Assembly: GCA_030141605.1 (NCBI GenBank)
Contig: JAQGDQ010000038.1
Location: 1 to 64,000 of the forward strand
From: Tubiluchus corallicola
Taxonomy: Eukaryota; Animalia; Priapulida
Length of the DNA stretch: 64,000 nucleotides
Reading direction: 5' to 3'
In this document: positions 39,304 to 52,009 of the stretch, piece after piece
How positions within the stretch are numbered: the stretch's first letter is position 1
Layout of the letters: each line of letters starts with the position of its first letter
Notes under the pieces: model-generated
Database searches by the model: none
The model's input: only the letters and a program-made list of their open reading frames with translations
Told to the model about the DNA's origin: nothing
Translations under genes and position numbers: made by a program

Positions 39304-42300
39304 TTTGCAAGCTATGGCACCAGTGTCGGTATCTCATCTTAAAAGACTATCCTTGATCATGAAAGCCATAACAACAATCACAAACTTATTAAGATAAGTC
39401 CTGCCGTTAAATACTGCTATATGCGGCTAAATAGATCTTGCAGTGCATCGAACTGTATAAAAATGACTATTAGAATATCCACATTGGCCTTATTTAACTT
39501 TTAGTGTATTACTAGAAAGGCTTAGCTTTGTGTTTTAAATAGGACAAGATTAATTGCTAATTTAGTGGGAATACCAAGGCGCCAATGACACTGTTTAATT
39601 ACTTTTGCAAAAAGGGGTCTAATAGCACAACTTTCAGCATGCACGTATAGTTGACGTTCGAAAAAAGGTGACATAGTTGACTTACGCAAATTAGGTTTTT
39701 CTTAACGCAAAATTACCCGGTAAATCGAAGAAGCTACCACTCGAAAGTAACACCTGCACATTCTGCAAGAGAAACTCAAGGACAAGTTGACATCGCCACA
39801 GCGCATCAATTAAGTAACTCTGCAAGTCAGCAGTATGCCCACTAAACATTTGTCACTGTATGCAACAATTTAACTTCAACCGACATTCTTACACCATCGC
39901 GACCTATATTATAACAGATTAGAGAGGGGCGGATTTATATAAAACTAACTACGTAACTATTGGTTCAGAAGCATCTAATATTTTCCGAAACGTTTCCACG
40001 TAAATATAAAACTACAAAATGTGCAGGCCTACAATAACCAAAACGTATCACCAGAAAAACGACAAACGACACTTTCGCTCCCCCCCCCCCCACTGCAATT
40101 GCAATATTCACTGGCGTTTTTTCTGTATCTGCCTTATTCTTCGTTAGCTCTCGGTAATGGGTAGTGACCTATTTTGCATATGCAAACAAGGCTGCAAGCA
40201 TGCGGTTTTGAAAGCACACATAGCTGTCCATAGCTAAGATAAATTGTACGAGTTACTTATTTCAGTAAATAATTAGAGGACTCTTTCAAAGCTGAAATCA
40301 CAGTAACACTCTAACTACAAGAAGTTCTAACCACTGCACTGACAAAGACACTGATTATTTGGTGCACACCGTACAGATCATGCACTAATCATTATTACAA
40401 ACTATGGAAGATGTAATTTACATACACACCTAGTATTTAATAGTACTGCTGATAATTTGATATTGGATAGCTAATATATAAAAGCTGAATCTTGCATGAA
40501 TGAAGCAGTGTACAAAACGAAGATTTGGCCTACAGGTGGGGCTTAGAAAACTGAAATGAGGTTAGAAGTTATGAAAATTTCAAGTTAAATGAAAACTGCA
40601 GGATTTGTAAACGTTTAGGTTTATGTATAAAACATAAAAAGTATTTTATGCAAGACAAGAGCTTAGGTCATCACGACAAATGTCAGCAGCAGCTGGACAC
40701 ATGTAGCCTTGAAGCGTGGAAAACAAAATAGCAAAAAATCCCACTGACAAAACAATTTCATTGAGCACAGAGCCAGCTTTGTTAGGTGTGTTTTAACATG
40801 AGATGACCACAGTCCAGTACTCATCTACATATTATTTACTCGAGCTAAAAAAGAACAAGAACACGTGGAAAAATAAACAACGAGTGTTGATTCTTTTTTG
40901 TTTTTCTGATAGAATGGGAAGAGATAAATCAATAGTAGACGAGGTAGTGCCAGATTCCGGAAAAGTCATACTCAGAAAATAGCCACCGAAAATGGAAAAA
41001 AATCTAAGCTCAATGTCCTTATAAGAATACAGATTTACATCATTTAACACATTGACTGAAACTTTTATCTTAACATTATTCTTGGTTAAATAAATGCTTA
41101 CTCGTCTTCCATCAAGAAAATAATGCAGTTGAACAAATCTGAGAGATTTAAAAAACACTGTTAATACACCGCAGATAATAGATTATTTACTAATTACCAT
41201 TGATAGCTAAACCATTAACTTCGACTTAGTATATAAACAGCTTGATAATCCTTTGGTTCACAGCCTAGTTTTGATTCGATACTGCACAGGTCAACGCTCT
41301 TTTTATTTAAAATTTTTTGGTGTGAGCAAAACATGGCCAATGTCCACTCAAAGACATTAACAAAATTCTATTTATACACAGGAACAAAAGGGACAGCAAT
41401 GAAAGATGAACAAGACTAACAGTCAGTAACCTCTTAAAGTCCACTCGGACATGCAAAATGTGATGGAAATAACAAAGAATTGAGGGAAAAGCGTTGATCC
41501 CTGCGGACTGACCGCACGAAATAAGAGCTGAGAGCAAATAAAATGCGGTAAAAATAATACACTGTCCAGTGGCGCAGATGTACAAATACCGGAGACTGCA
41601 TGGCTCAGTTTCAGGCCCACTAATGTAATAGGCATGGAAGGCTAGTAATCAAAATCTAAAAACAAAGGAGGAAAAAGGATGGGTGAGACTTTCAAAAGCT
41701 ATGCATATTATTGCTTAAACTATTCTTGTAATAAAAGTCAATTTAATGTTTCGTAAATTTCATACATTTATTTGTAAAGAAGGCATACTATAAAAAATGC
41801 AAAATAATTTTTAAATATTTTTGACATGGCAAGCTGTGCAGAATCATAAATGGTCAGTAGATCTCGGGTCTTCAATTTAGTTTGGTCTATACATGCGGAC
41901 TGAGCACAGAAGCTAGGTTAAGTAATTTCAGAAACAAATCATTATACACGTGGCCACAGATGCCAAGCTCCCGACATAGTGGCGCAAGACCCCAAACACA
42001 GAAGCCAGGTTAGTATCCCGGGTAAAAATTGTCCTTGCGCACGTATACAAATCAATACCGCGTCGTGTCCAAATCAATTTTTGTTAAAATATTGTGCTTA
42101 ACAAGTCAATTATTCGTTTTTGATCTCAAATTTGACAGTGTTACTTGAGACAATATGAAATGCATTATCGAGCAAAACATTTAATAAAATGTTAATAAAA
42201 CCAACGAAATTTAATTTACTCGTTTCTGTTAAGTCTATCTGAAAAGTCTAACTACGGAGAAGTTTTAAATCTGAGTCTTTGAGCCTAGGGTATGGGCCAC

Positions 42301-43041
42301 TCGTAATTCGGGCGAGTTCTTCGTATGGCTAAGCTTCGGCTTAAGTCGCAAAGTCTACGGATCTCATGAGTGGCGACTTACACATCAGAATTCAATTTGC
42401 ATTTTAAATTGGAAGAATTTGTTTAATTAAGCATTCTCGTGAAAGAATTAGAATTAGGACTTTATGATGATATTTACCAGCTTGACAATTATGGCAATCG
42501 TCACGACTCACGCCAACACGACTACTTAATATTATCTCTATAGTGTTAATAAAACTAAGTGGTCAGTCAACGAGCCAACTCCGGATTTCGCCTCGGTTTC
42601 CTGGGTACCTAGCAACCAAATATGGTTACCTAACGACAAGTTTATGCAATAACCCATTACCATAATGTACTGCGTGATTAAACGTTTTAAAGCCGAGCGA
42701 GGTGAGAACTAAGTTAACAGTCACTATATATGGCAGGCTATATTTGCATTAATAAACAACACCTGCCGTATCTGGGTTAATTGCAAGATTTTAAAATATT
42801 CATGTCTACGAGACACACATATAAGAATCAAGTGATAACTGTTTAATATACGGGTATGTATATTATGTGGGTAAAATGCAAGCAATCGTCGGCGACTGCA
42901 TCCTATGTAATGCAATAAATTTGTCGCCTTACAACAATTACAATAAGTGCAATCTCAATAATCTTATACATATGTAGGGATTATAGCCCCAAAATAACTT
43001 AAAACTCTTACTAGCAATGTCTTACAAAAACATCATATTCG

Positions 43042-43155
43042 TATAAGACTAACTCTTACCTGTGCTACAAAGCCCACATCGAAAAATAAACACAAAGTTC
43101 TATAAGACTAACTCTTACCGGTGCTACAAAGCCCACATCGAAAAATAAACACAAA
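43042..43155. repeat. 2 x 59-bp tandem repeat
   Basis: TATAAGACTAACTCTTACC(T/G)GTGCTACAAAGCCCACATCGAAAAATAAACACAAA occurs twice. Confidence 0.95.
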
Positions 43156-46100
43156 ATACCGTACAACGATAAGAAATAGTACGTGACTGATTTTAACACC
43201 AAATATTCTAAGATTTGAAAATTAAAATTTTGCATTTTTATCTACAGGCTATGCCACACCTGTTTGAACGTTAGGCTTTTGAAGCTTCAAAGAAATAAAA
43301 AATAAAAACTGACAGCATCATTTAACATTTAAAATCCTCTTCCAACAATTCTCAAATTTTACAAGTAAACTATTGTGTTTTTGCTTTGACGTACGATCAA
43401 AAATTTAACACAAGTTAAAAAACGTGAAAGCAAAAGGGGGAAAATTTTCGTGCATTTATTTTTTCACCGTCTTACGCCAGTTATATTATCCAGAGATATA
43501 GTCACAGCATGTAACCCTCCATGCATTTTATATGCTGCTACACACATTTAATCTAGAAACAATTTAAAAGGTTTTTCTAGGGTACCAAAAAACAAAAAGG
43601 CATTACTGCATGATGCAGCTAAACGGAGTATACGCAGAGCACTTATAAGAATTCTTTCAGAAGTTGGTATCATTATTCCAATTGCAGGCTAATTAGCAGC
43701 TTAATTGAGATAAGTATCTCATCCATTCTTCCAAATTTTAATTAGATTAGAAAACGTCCACGAACTCCTGCTTATGCATTTGAGTGAATAAGTACAATAA
43801 ATACAAAGTCTGTGTATTGGATAAATATCTGGCAGCAATATAGGCTTTAGTACCAATATAACATCGTGTATACTGTACAGTCAATTTTACTTTAATAAAT
43901 TTAGCCTTCTTTATGAGTTTGTATCCATGTGCAGATTCATTGTCCAGTGAAGATGGGATAGCAGAAAATGCGATGCTTTTGCTAATTGGCCAAACAAAAT
44001 TTGAGACTTATAATTTTACAGATAGATATTGTACGCTTATATTTTTCTATTTTCTCTAAAGTGAAACATGAAAACTAAATTCCGCACACCAATAGTTTCG
44101 CCTTTGTAGCGTAGAAATGGGCACGATTCAATTGCTATAATTTAGTACATCAAATCACTTATCTTACCTTGTTAGGCCTTACCCTGCTTACACATGCATC
44201 TGAAGACTAAAGAGTGCATGTTTCAACACCACCACTACATATGCCAGCTTTGTACACAACTAATAATTGATTATAATTCTGAGCCATTCGGCAGCAGAAA
44301 TTGACCAAAGGTGGGCAACATGCGTTAACATATTATATCGTATAATGGAGCGTTAACACTTTGTCGCATGTATAATACATGTTTCACAGGTATGATGAAT
44401 ATGTACTTGTATTGCTGCATGGTGTCAGCTACAGGTATTGCTAGGGTTTCACTTACATATAATGACTTATGCATTTATGTCATCATGCACTTGACACTAC
44501 AGAAAGCTATGGAAAATGTTTTACCAAAGCTTACAGGTTAACTGCCCAGGGACACTGTAGTATAGAATTTGGGAATGGGCAAACATAAACCTGACATAAC
44601 AATAAAAACTCCTGATCATGACAGTTCTCTAAATTTATGTTCTACAGTGTTAGTTAGTTATTTAGCTACTTACAGGGGGGGCTACTTACTTCTACTTACT
44701 TTTGTAAAACAATAATATTTTGAGGTTACAAACTACGGAAGAAACAACCAATAACATTACCATGTTTAATTTTCAATAAAAATTCAAACAACAATAGAAG
44801 GTATTTATCATTGCTGTGAATGATATAATTCATTCAAAAAATTTATCAAAATTTTCTTTCTTTTCGCTACAACTGAATCAAATAGATTATGGCATCTGAA
44901 GATCTGGGTTTGATATTTTACAGCAAAATGTAATCTCCCTCCGATGATTTTATGAAGAGCATCATAAAGAATCATTTTATGATGATTTTATTTTCTTTTA
45001 GTCAACAACAGTTTGTGGTGCGTTTCCGTATGCCATGAAGTGTTTAAAGTACATTAATGAATTGTTACAGTAGATTACAATATCTGTCAAAATTGTTAAC
45101 AAGTTCATCCAAATTGCATTAAAACATTTTCAAACTGTGGGAAATTGTTTTGTATGGAAAGCACAGTTTAAACTTGATTTTGGTTTTGAAAACTTTAATT
45201 TAAGCTTCAGATACCAGTAATGCATTATCACTTTATTAGAAAAAGAGGACAGAAGTAGATAAAAAAAGGCGAAAGAAAAGAAGAGCTCAACCTGGTTTCG
45301 AATCACGGACGTTTAAGATATGAGCAAATTATTAACACACAGCAGGAATAATTTGCTATTTTTATAATTCTCAGACCGGTAAAAAATCTGTAAATAGTTT
45401 TGGAATTGAATCTACTATACTGATTACTGACAAGGCACTCTAACACCAATTTCTAACACCAAAGCTGCTGCACGTTTCCACACTCTAGAAAGAAAGTTAC
45501 TGGAGAAGAAATGTCTCGTTCGTAAGCTATAAAAATTTAAGCGATTAAAATCGAGGTTAAAAAATGAGTATCACAGACATATATCGCAGATTAAATGAAC
45601 TGATATTGAAACTTACATGTAAGTCGATGTGACCTCGCGTATCCTTGCACGTCTTTCCGAAACTCAAATAAATGCTGTCACGTCTCTTTTATCACCTTAC
45701 ATGGTCCAAAAATTGAATTTGCTCCAATAAATCAAACTGAGTGAATTATTTTATCTCATATCACATAGTTGAGAGTTCTAGAACTGACCAGTGTTACCCA
45801 GGCACCATTCACTCTTGGATTTCTACCCATACAAAAGCGTAAGTGAATCAGAGTGATGGAGTAAATCTGTTGGAATAAAAGCCGTGACCTACACTCGCTG
45901 CAACTCTCTCTACATAAACAAACAGCAAGTCCCTGCTGACCACTTGCTCGATTAAATTCAAGGCTACCCGCCACACCAGGTGATGGGCTTGCTTTTCAAA
46001 AAAAGAGTTTCAGGCGTCCATTGTCTTCACGGATGGTCGCCTGAAGATCAAACGTCCGAGCCAGCCCTTAATTGGCCATCTGCATTTGTGGGCAGGAAGG

Positions 46101-46399
46101 GGTTGGATTGTTTTCTGCGCAAAGCGTTTAATTGCAGGGGCAATTCTTTATGCACGACTGAACGCAAATACCTCCCAGGGTTAAACTCAAAGTTAGCATG
46201 AGAGGATCAACCAGGAGCCGCATGCTAGAGACAAATGCTAATAAAACATAAAATATATAGGAAACACCAAACCCAAATGAATAAGTTTTCGCAAGAATTT
46301 TTAAATAAATATTGTATACAAAATTTGTTAACGCATAAATTAAGTGCTTCTCTAACTTTTTCACCGATACTTGCTGAATATTCAGGACGATAAACTGGT

Positions 46400-46880
46400 T
46401 AAAAATGAATGAAAAATAAGACGAATTTTTGATATGTGAAACGGAAGGTACAATTTCGCGAATATATTAACATTTCCCCAATACATTTAGTGTAATGTAG
46501 TTTTTAGTTTATTTCGTTTAGTAGCATATACCAGTATTAATTCGTGTAGTTATAGTAACTTTATGTTTAGCCTAGAATAAAATTTAAACGCTGCACGCAT
46601 ATGTGTACGTTAGGTACAACTCTTTGGTGTAGCTGATGATGAATCGGACTTTGAAGGATTTTAAATAAATATTGTAAATTTTATTTCGGTAGTGTGTTCA
46701 TAGTTTACTTTACGTTGTCAATAAATGATAATTATCATGGCCGCACGTGTTCAACAACGTTTGTCACTTACAATGCTTGGTCTGAGCCGAGAAAAAGCGA
46801 AACAAAATTTTAGACCGATTTTTAATAGAAAATTAGGGGTGCGTGTTATACACGTGTGTGCGTTATACTCGAATAAATAT
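46400..46880 (+). mobile_element. pogo/Tigger-derived non-autonomous fragment (right end)
   Basis: GATGATGAATCGGACTTTGAAGGATTTTAA reads DDESDFEGF*, resembling the acidic C-terminus of pogo-type transposases. It is followed by the subterminal GGGGTGCGTGTTATACACGTGTGTGCGTTATACTCGAATAAATA. The left boundary is a guess. Confidence 0.6.
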
Positions 46881-49339
46881 TAAAAATCACCATGGAAGTA
46901 ACAATTTGTATACCTTCATAACGTACATGCAATACATTAATTACAATTAAAATGCAGCTGATTAAATAATCTAGAAATAATTTATGAAATTATGATTACG
47001 TATATTTTACGAATGAAGGGCAAAATACAGGAAACAATTGTAGGCCTATAACAAATCACATAACAGATGGTTTAAACGATTAAATCAATGATGTTAACCA
47101 TTTATCAAAATATGAATATATAAATATTTGTCAAACGTTTATATGAATCAGAAAATAGTTAATGATTATGATGATGCACGCACGTAAAATTTTATCCCGT
47201 TTCAATTTCTTGGTTTAAAAATAGTTTAACGTAGTATGCTGTTTCGTGATACAATTTATGCACGAAACCAATAAAGCAGAAACTATGAACACATAAATGA
47301 AGTAAACTGGTAAAAACGTTTTCAAAACTCGAAAAGTAAAGTAGTGGACAATGAATTCATGCGTGTGGCTAATTAAGCATTCACATTATTTCCGTAGCGT
47401 CCCTAACCCCATGATAATCGATGATTAAGCATGAAATGATCGTTATTGCCCATCAAGGTGTGATGCTAATTATTCAGCTGTTCTCACCGCGACCTGTGGT
47501 CAGTCTACCGATTGACCAATGACCACTTGAAATAGCTGAGGATGAATGGTGCATATTGAATATGGAAGTTTTAAGCTTTCGTCTTTCGTCGATTGTCAGG
47601 TCAAGTATTAGTGAGACTCCTCATCGTAGTTAATAGCAGGGATGTACTCATGAGATATTTAAAAGCTGTATAGGAGTTTTATACGCCTACTTACACTATT
47701 AACAAAAGTGATACACTTCCTTATGAGTTTATAAAGAGAAAGAGAAGTACGTAATTGTTTATTACTGTTTACAAATTTTACAGTATCGCACGGTACATTT
47801 GACGTAAACAGATTTTAATAATCTTATATAGTTTTCTTTGCGTAGCACAAGTATATAATGACATCCATTAAAACAAGAAAAATGCGTAGCACCAGCTGAA
47901 CTTAATAGCTCTGGGACCTTTTTTGCAAAATATGATCAAGGACAGAAAATAACTTAGTTGCAGTGATATGAATTAGTTTTTGTTCTAGTTTACAATTTAC
48001 ATAATTTAAATCTCAATTAAACAAATTAGAAAAATTGATTTGTTCATGTATTAAAATGTATTAATATGACAAAATGTATTATCAAAATGCTACATAGATT
48101 TAGTTTCCTTTGCACTTGGCAGAGTTATCACATCCTATAATTACTACCAGTTAGGCTTATTTTAACTATTTTTCACTTACATGGGTTTTAATGCACTTCT
48201 TAGCAGTCGAGACCTAAAAAAATTTTAGGTCCATTTTTAATAATATGGCACTTGGAAAATATGTAATTTAACTTAATCATTACTGTGCCAATTTCAATCT
48301 TTTTTTGGCTCATGACACATTCAATTCATAAACATGACATTTTAATTCATAAACTCTCCATAATCTTTATTAAAGTTCCATTTAAAAAATACCATTTTTG
48401 GAGTTATACACAAAATTCATGACATTCAAAAAACATAAAATTGCATTTTTAAACCGCCAAAGAATAATTAGTACATAGTAAGGATAATATAAAGAAATTT
48501 ACAGTTTTTGCCAGTATATGGGCAACAAGTTCAACGCATGCAGGACTTACTACGGAAACGGTGCCAGGTGATATTACAAGCTATAGCTTAGAAATTTTCT
48601 TTTTTTCCAGAAAGAGATAGGGTTCACTGTCCTGAGAATAAACTGGGACGCAGATGTGGCGTAAAGTGTTATGTTTCAAGGCAAACACATTATGAATGTG
48701 TCATAGATTGGAATCCAAGAACTAAAACCACACCCTATTTTTTATTATACTCATGGACCAGAAAGCTCAGATTGAGGCGAGTGTAATAGCTGAGTAACCA
48801 TAGCGTGTGTTTTGTGAGTGAAGCACCGTTAACCTTGGTTAAAAAATAAAAGGGTGACTACCATGAAAATTGCATCTGAGCAGCTTCATCTGCCACTGTC
48901 GAAAACGATGCTGGCTATACTTCTTGTTTCAAAAAGATAGATATAAAGGTTAACAAAACACTATCATAAAATAGCAAAAATTCATGTCAAAATACACTCA
49001 GTTTTTATCACGAGAAAATGATCGACAAATTAATTAAAAATAAAATGCATTTATTTAGTTAATATTAAGAAATATTATATTTATGGTATATTGAAACTTC
49101 ATCAACAAATTAAGCGGGTTACTAAACCAATGTATTAAAACTGCATAAAGTTATATTCTTAAAATACAAAATTATTAAATAACCGATTACAGGATCATGG
49201 CCATAACATTAAAGGTAAGTTCACTACATCACATACCATCGCTTGATATGAAATACATACCATGCTTCGTAATACAGCGCTTTATGTTTGCAAAACATGT
49301 CCCATTTCTAACGGTCATTTACCCTTAACCCGTTCAGCC

Positions 49340-49720
49340 GTGCTATCCGTGAGCCTGACAAATGAGCCAATGGAATGCTGGTCAGCGGTCAGCTGTAACC
49401 CTTTCCACTGTCTGACCCAGTTGTATATGTTGGTCATTATCCTGAAGTGAACTTTCAACCAGTAAACGCCACTAATTGACCACTCGCGGGGCTGAACTCT
49501 TTCAGCCAGGCCATCTGACAGTTTAAGTGAATCAGTGGAACGTGGCCACTGGTCAGTTGTTAACTCTTTACACTGTCTGTGACCCAGATGTATATGTTGG
49601 TCAGTGTCCTGACGTGAACTCTTGCCTTCGGCCTATTAGTAAACAGCTTGCTGACCAGTGACAAGTGTTCGGCGTTGAACTCTTCCACGTTATCGAATCC
49701 TAGCACCAATGGTCAGCTAC
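49340..49720. promoter_or_regulatory. Diverged duplication (period about 165 bp) dense in GGTCA/TGACC and TGAACT half-sites; candidate enhancer
   Basis: GGTCAG.TGT.AAC.CTTT.CACTGTCT..GACCCAG.TGTATATGTTGGTCA...TCCTGA.GTGAACT at 49387 and 49551. Confidence 0.55.
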
Positions 49721-51994
49721 AAGTTGCAACTAGAGTCTGATATCGTACATAGTTTAACCCAGAACTTAATTAAATATTTAACGAGGGAAAATTTGACTAA
49801 AAAAGCTATTGTAAAAACAGAAAAATGTGAAACAAATGCGAATTTGAACTTTCGAATCTGAACGAATATGGAGTTATCAAATTATGTTTTAGCCACTAGA
49901 CCTCCCAGTCCCTTCATTAGTCATCAACCCCAACCGTGATCCAATAATTAATTTAACTCAACACAGGATTTGTTAATTTCATGTGTAAGTGGTGATAGTA
50001 TCAATTACAGTAAACGTCCATAGTTCTCTGCTATGTTTCCACACTCGACAGTGTTACGAATCAAGCTCTATTTTGAAATAAAAAACTACAAATTTACTTT
50101 TCCTGTTTATGGCAGATTTCAGTTACATCTTGGAAATATTGATCGGTTCAGATCGATGGGGATAAATTCGTCCTGCATGACTTATGGGCCTAAATGTATG
50201 TCCACGTTGGCGAGTCGATAAGTTTAACATATTATTCGCCTTTCTAGCCCCATCTTCGTGCCAATCTCTGGTTTTGCGAGTTATTTGTTCAGGGAATGAG
50301 ACGGGATTGCAATCGTCAGATCGATGTTTTAATATCCCTTGGTCAGGCGGCGATAGCCACGCATATAAAGTAGACAGAAGAGGGATGAGGGGCATTGATT
50401 CAGCGCCGCGGACTTTAATATGACAATTTCAGGCAGCCGTTATTTGCACAAACAGCACAATCACCCAGAAAGGCTCGAGGAGAAGGGAATATCTTCCTGC
50501 GGCTTGGCGCATTTCCGAGTGCTGATCTGCCTAAAGTAAGCCAAGAAAATGAATTCTCTAAAATAAGCGAGCTTTTCAGAGAGGAAAAATTCATCTCCTT
50601 CCTTGACTCATTCTTTCCCGCAAAAAGCGCTCTTTCACGTCCTATTGGCTGAGAGCAAATTTGTACAGATATCTCAGCTTGATTAGAGGCAGGGGCCGCG
50701 AATTACATTTTGGAAACTTCTTCCTGTCAAAGAGATTAACAGGTTAAGAAATATAGTTGCCTACAATTATTGAGTTACTGGGTCATTTCACAACCTGGGT
50801 AATGCGTCATGGATCATTCAAAATACACCCGATTTCTTCTCACTACACACCAGTTTTACATTTGTGTAATAATCGTATTTAACTTTGTACAATTTCGTGA
50901 ATGTGTCTTGACAGAAATCTTATACTTGCTATATAGGGGCTAAAAGAAATAATGCATGCAGTCTAGCTGCTTGACCTAATTTTCCAGCTTCAGCAACGGC
51001 GTTTCGAGTTTGACCAGTGGACACGTGCAGTACTAGCAAGCATATATATTACCCCACGGACGCAAAGGGTCATTTGGGTTTAATGATGCCAACTTAAATG
51101 CAAGACAGGCTGAAGCCACGACTTTGTTTTCTGCTGATAACTATTTTTAGTAAACAAACGAAGCTACAAGGCATTGCATGATCCCTGAAATGCGTTAAAC
51201 AAAATTTCTAGGGTATGGAGCCAAATAACTGTTTATAAAACTGCGCGGACTTCCCACGCGCACATGGTATGTAAAATTTGGTCAAGGAAAAGTCACATTC
51301 CGCATGTGCAGCTGGTCACTGCATATGTAAGGTTTAGGTGTCAGGTTTCCACAACACTATACTTCGAAAATATAACCCGATGATTATAGTGCAAGGAACT
51401 AGGGATGCATGCAAGCTGAAGAAAGTAAGAGTGGGTCACTGTAGCTGAAATACAGAGTATATGGGAGAAATGAAAAAAATTATTTATTCGAAATATACAG
51501 CAGTGAATCTACAGCAGCAAGGCTTGTAAATAATATTGTACTTATAACAAACCCCCAAAAAATTATAATACCGAGAAAACACTGGTCTGTTTCGGCAATG
51601 ACTTAGCCACTTTAGCCAGCCTTCTCCCCATTCATTTCCACACCAAAAAAAGTTAGAACAGCTACCGAAACTCCTTACAGATGCCCAGAATAACTTATAA
51701 TTTTAAAAAAAGTTATAACAATTCATATACGCTGCAGGTTTTTAATTTCACTCAATATTAATTTATACTTTTAGCTGTGGCAAATGTAAATGTTTTATCA
51801 CAGCGACATATATAGACATATAAGAGCTGGTACAAGCAGTAGTAATACTAGTGTAATTAAGACTTCAGCTACAGAAATTACACTAACATTCGCTCTCGTT
51901 CAAAGCTTAACAGCTGTCATAGAATGCTTATCTATCCAGAAGAATGCTCATGACAGATTGACAGTGTTACCGTACTGAAACATGCAAAAAGTGA

Positions 51995-52009
51995 AGGTCA
52001 GTTTGACCT
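51995..52009. promoter_or_regulatory. Perfect ERE palindrome AGGTCA-gtt-TGACCT
   Basis: Exact consensus match; function inferred only. Confidence 0.55.

Noticed and set aside
49835-49905. tRNA-like A/B boxes on the minus strand (similar hints near 13510 and 45290)
   Set aside because: No cloverleaf can be built; at most decayed SINE heads.
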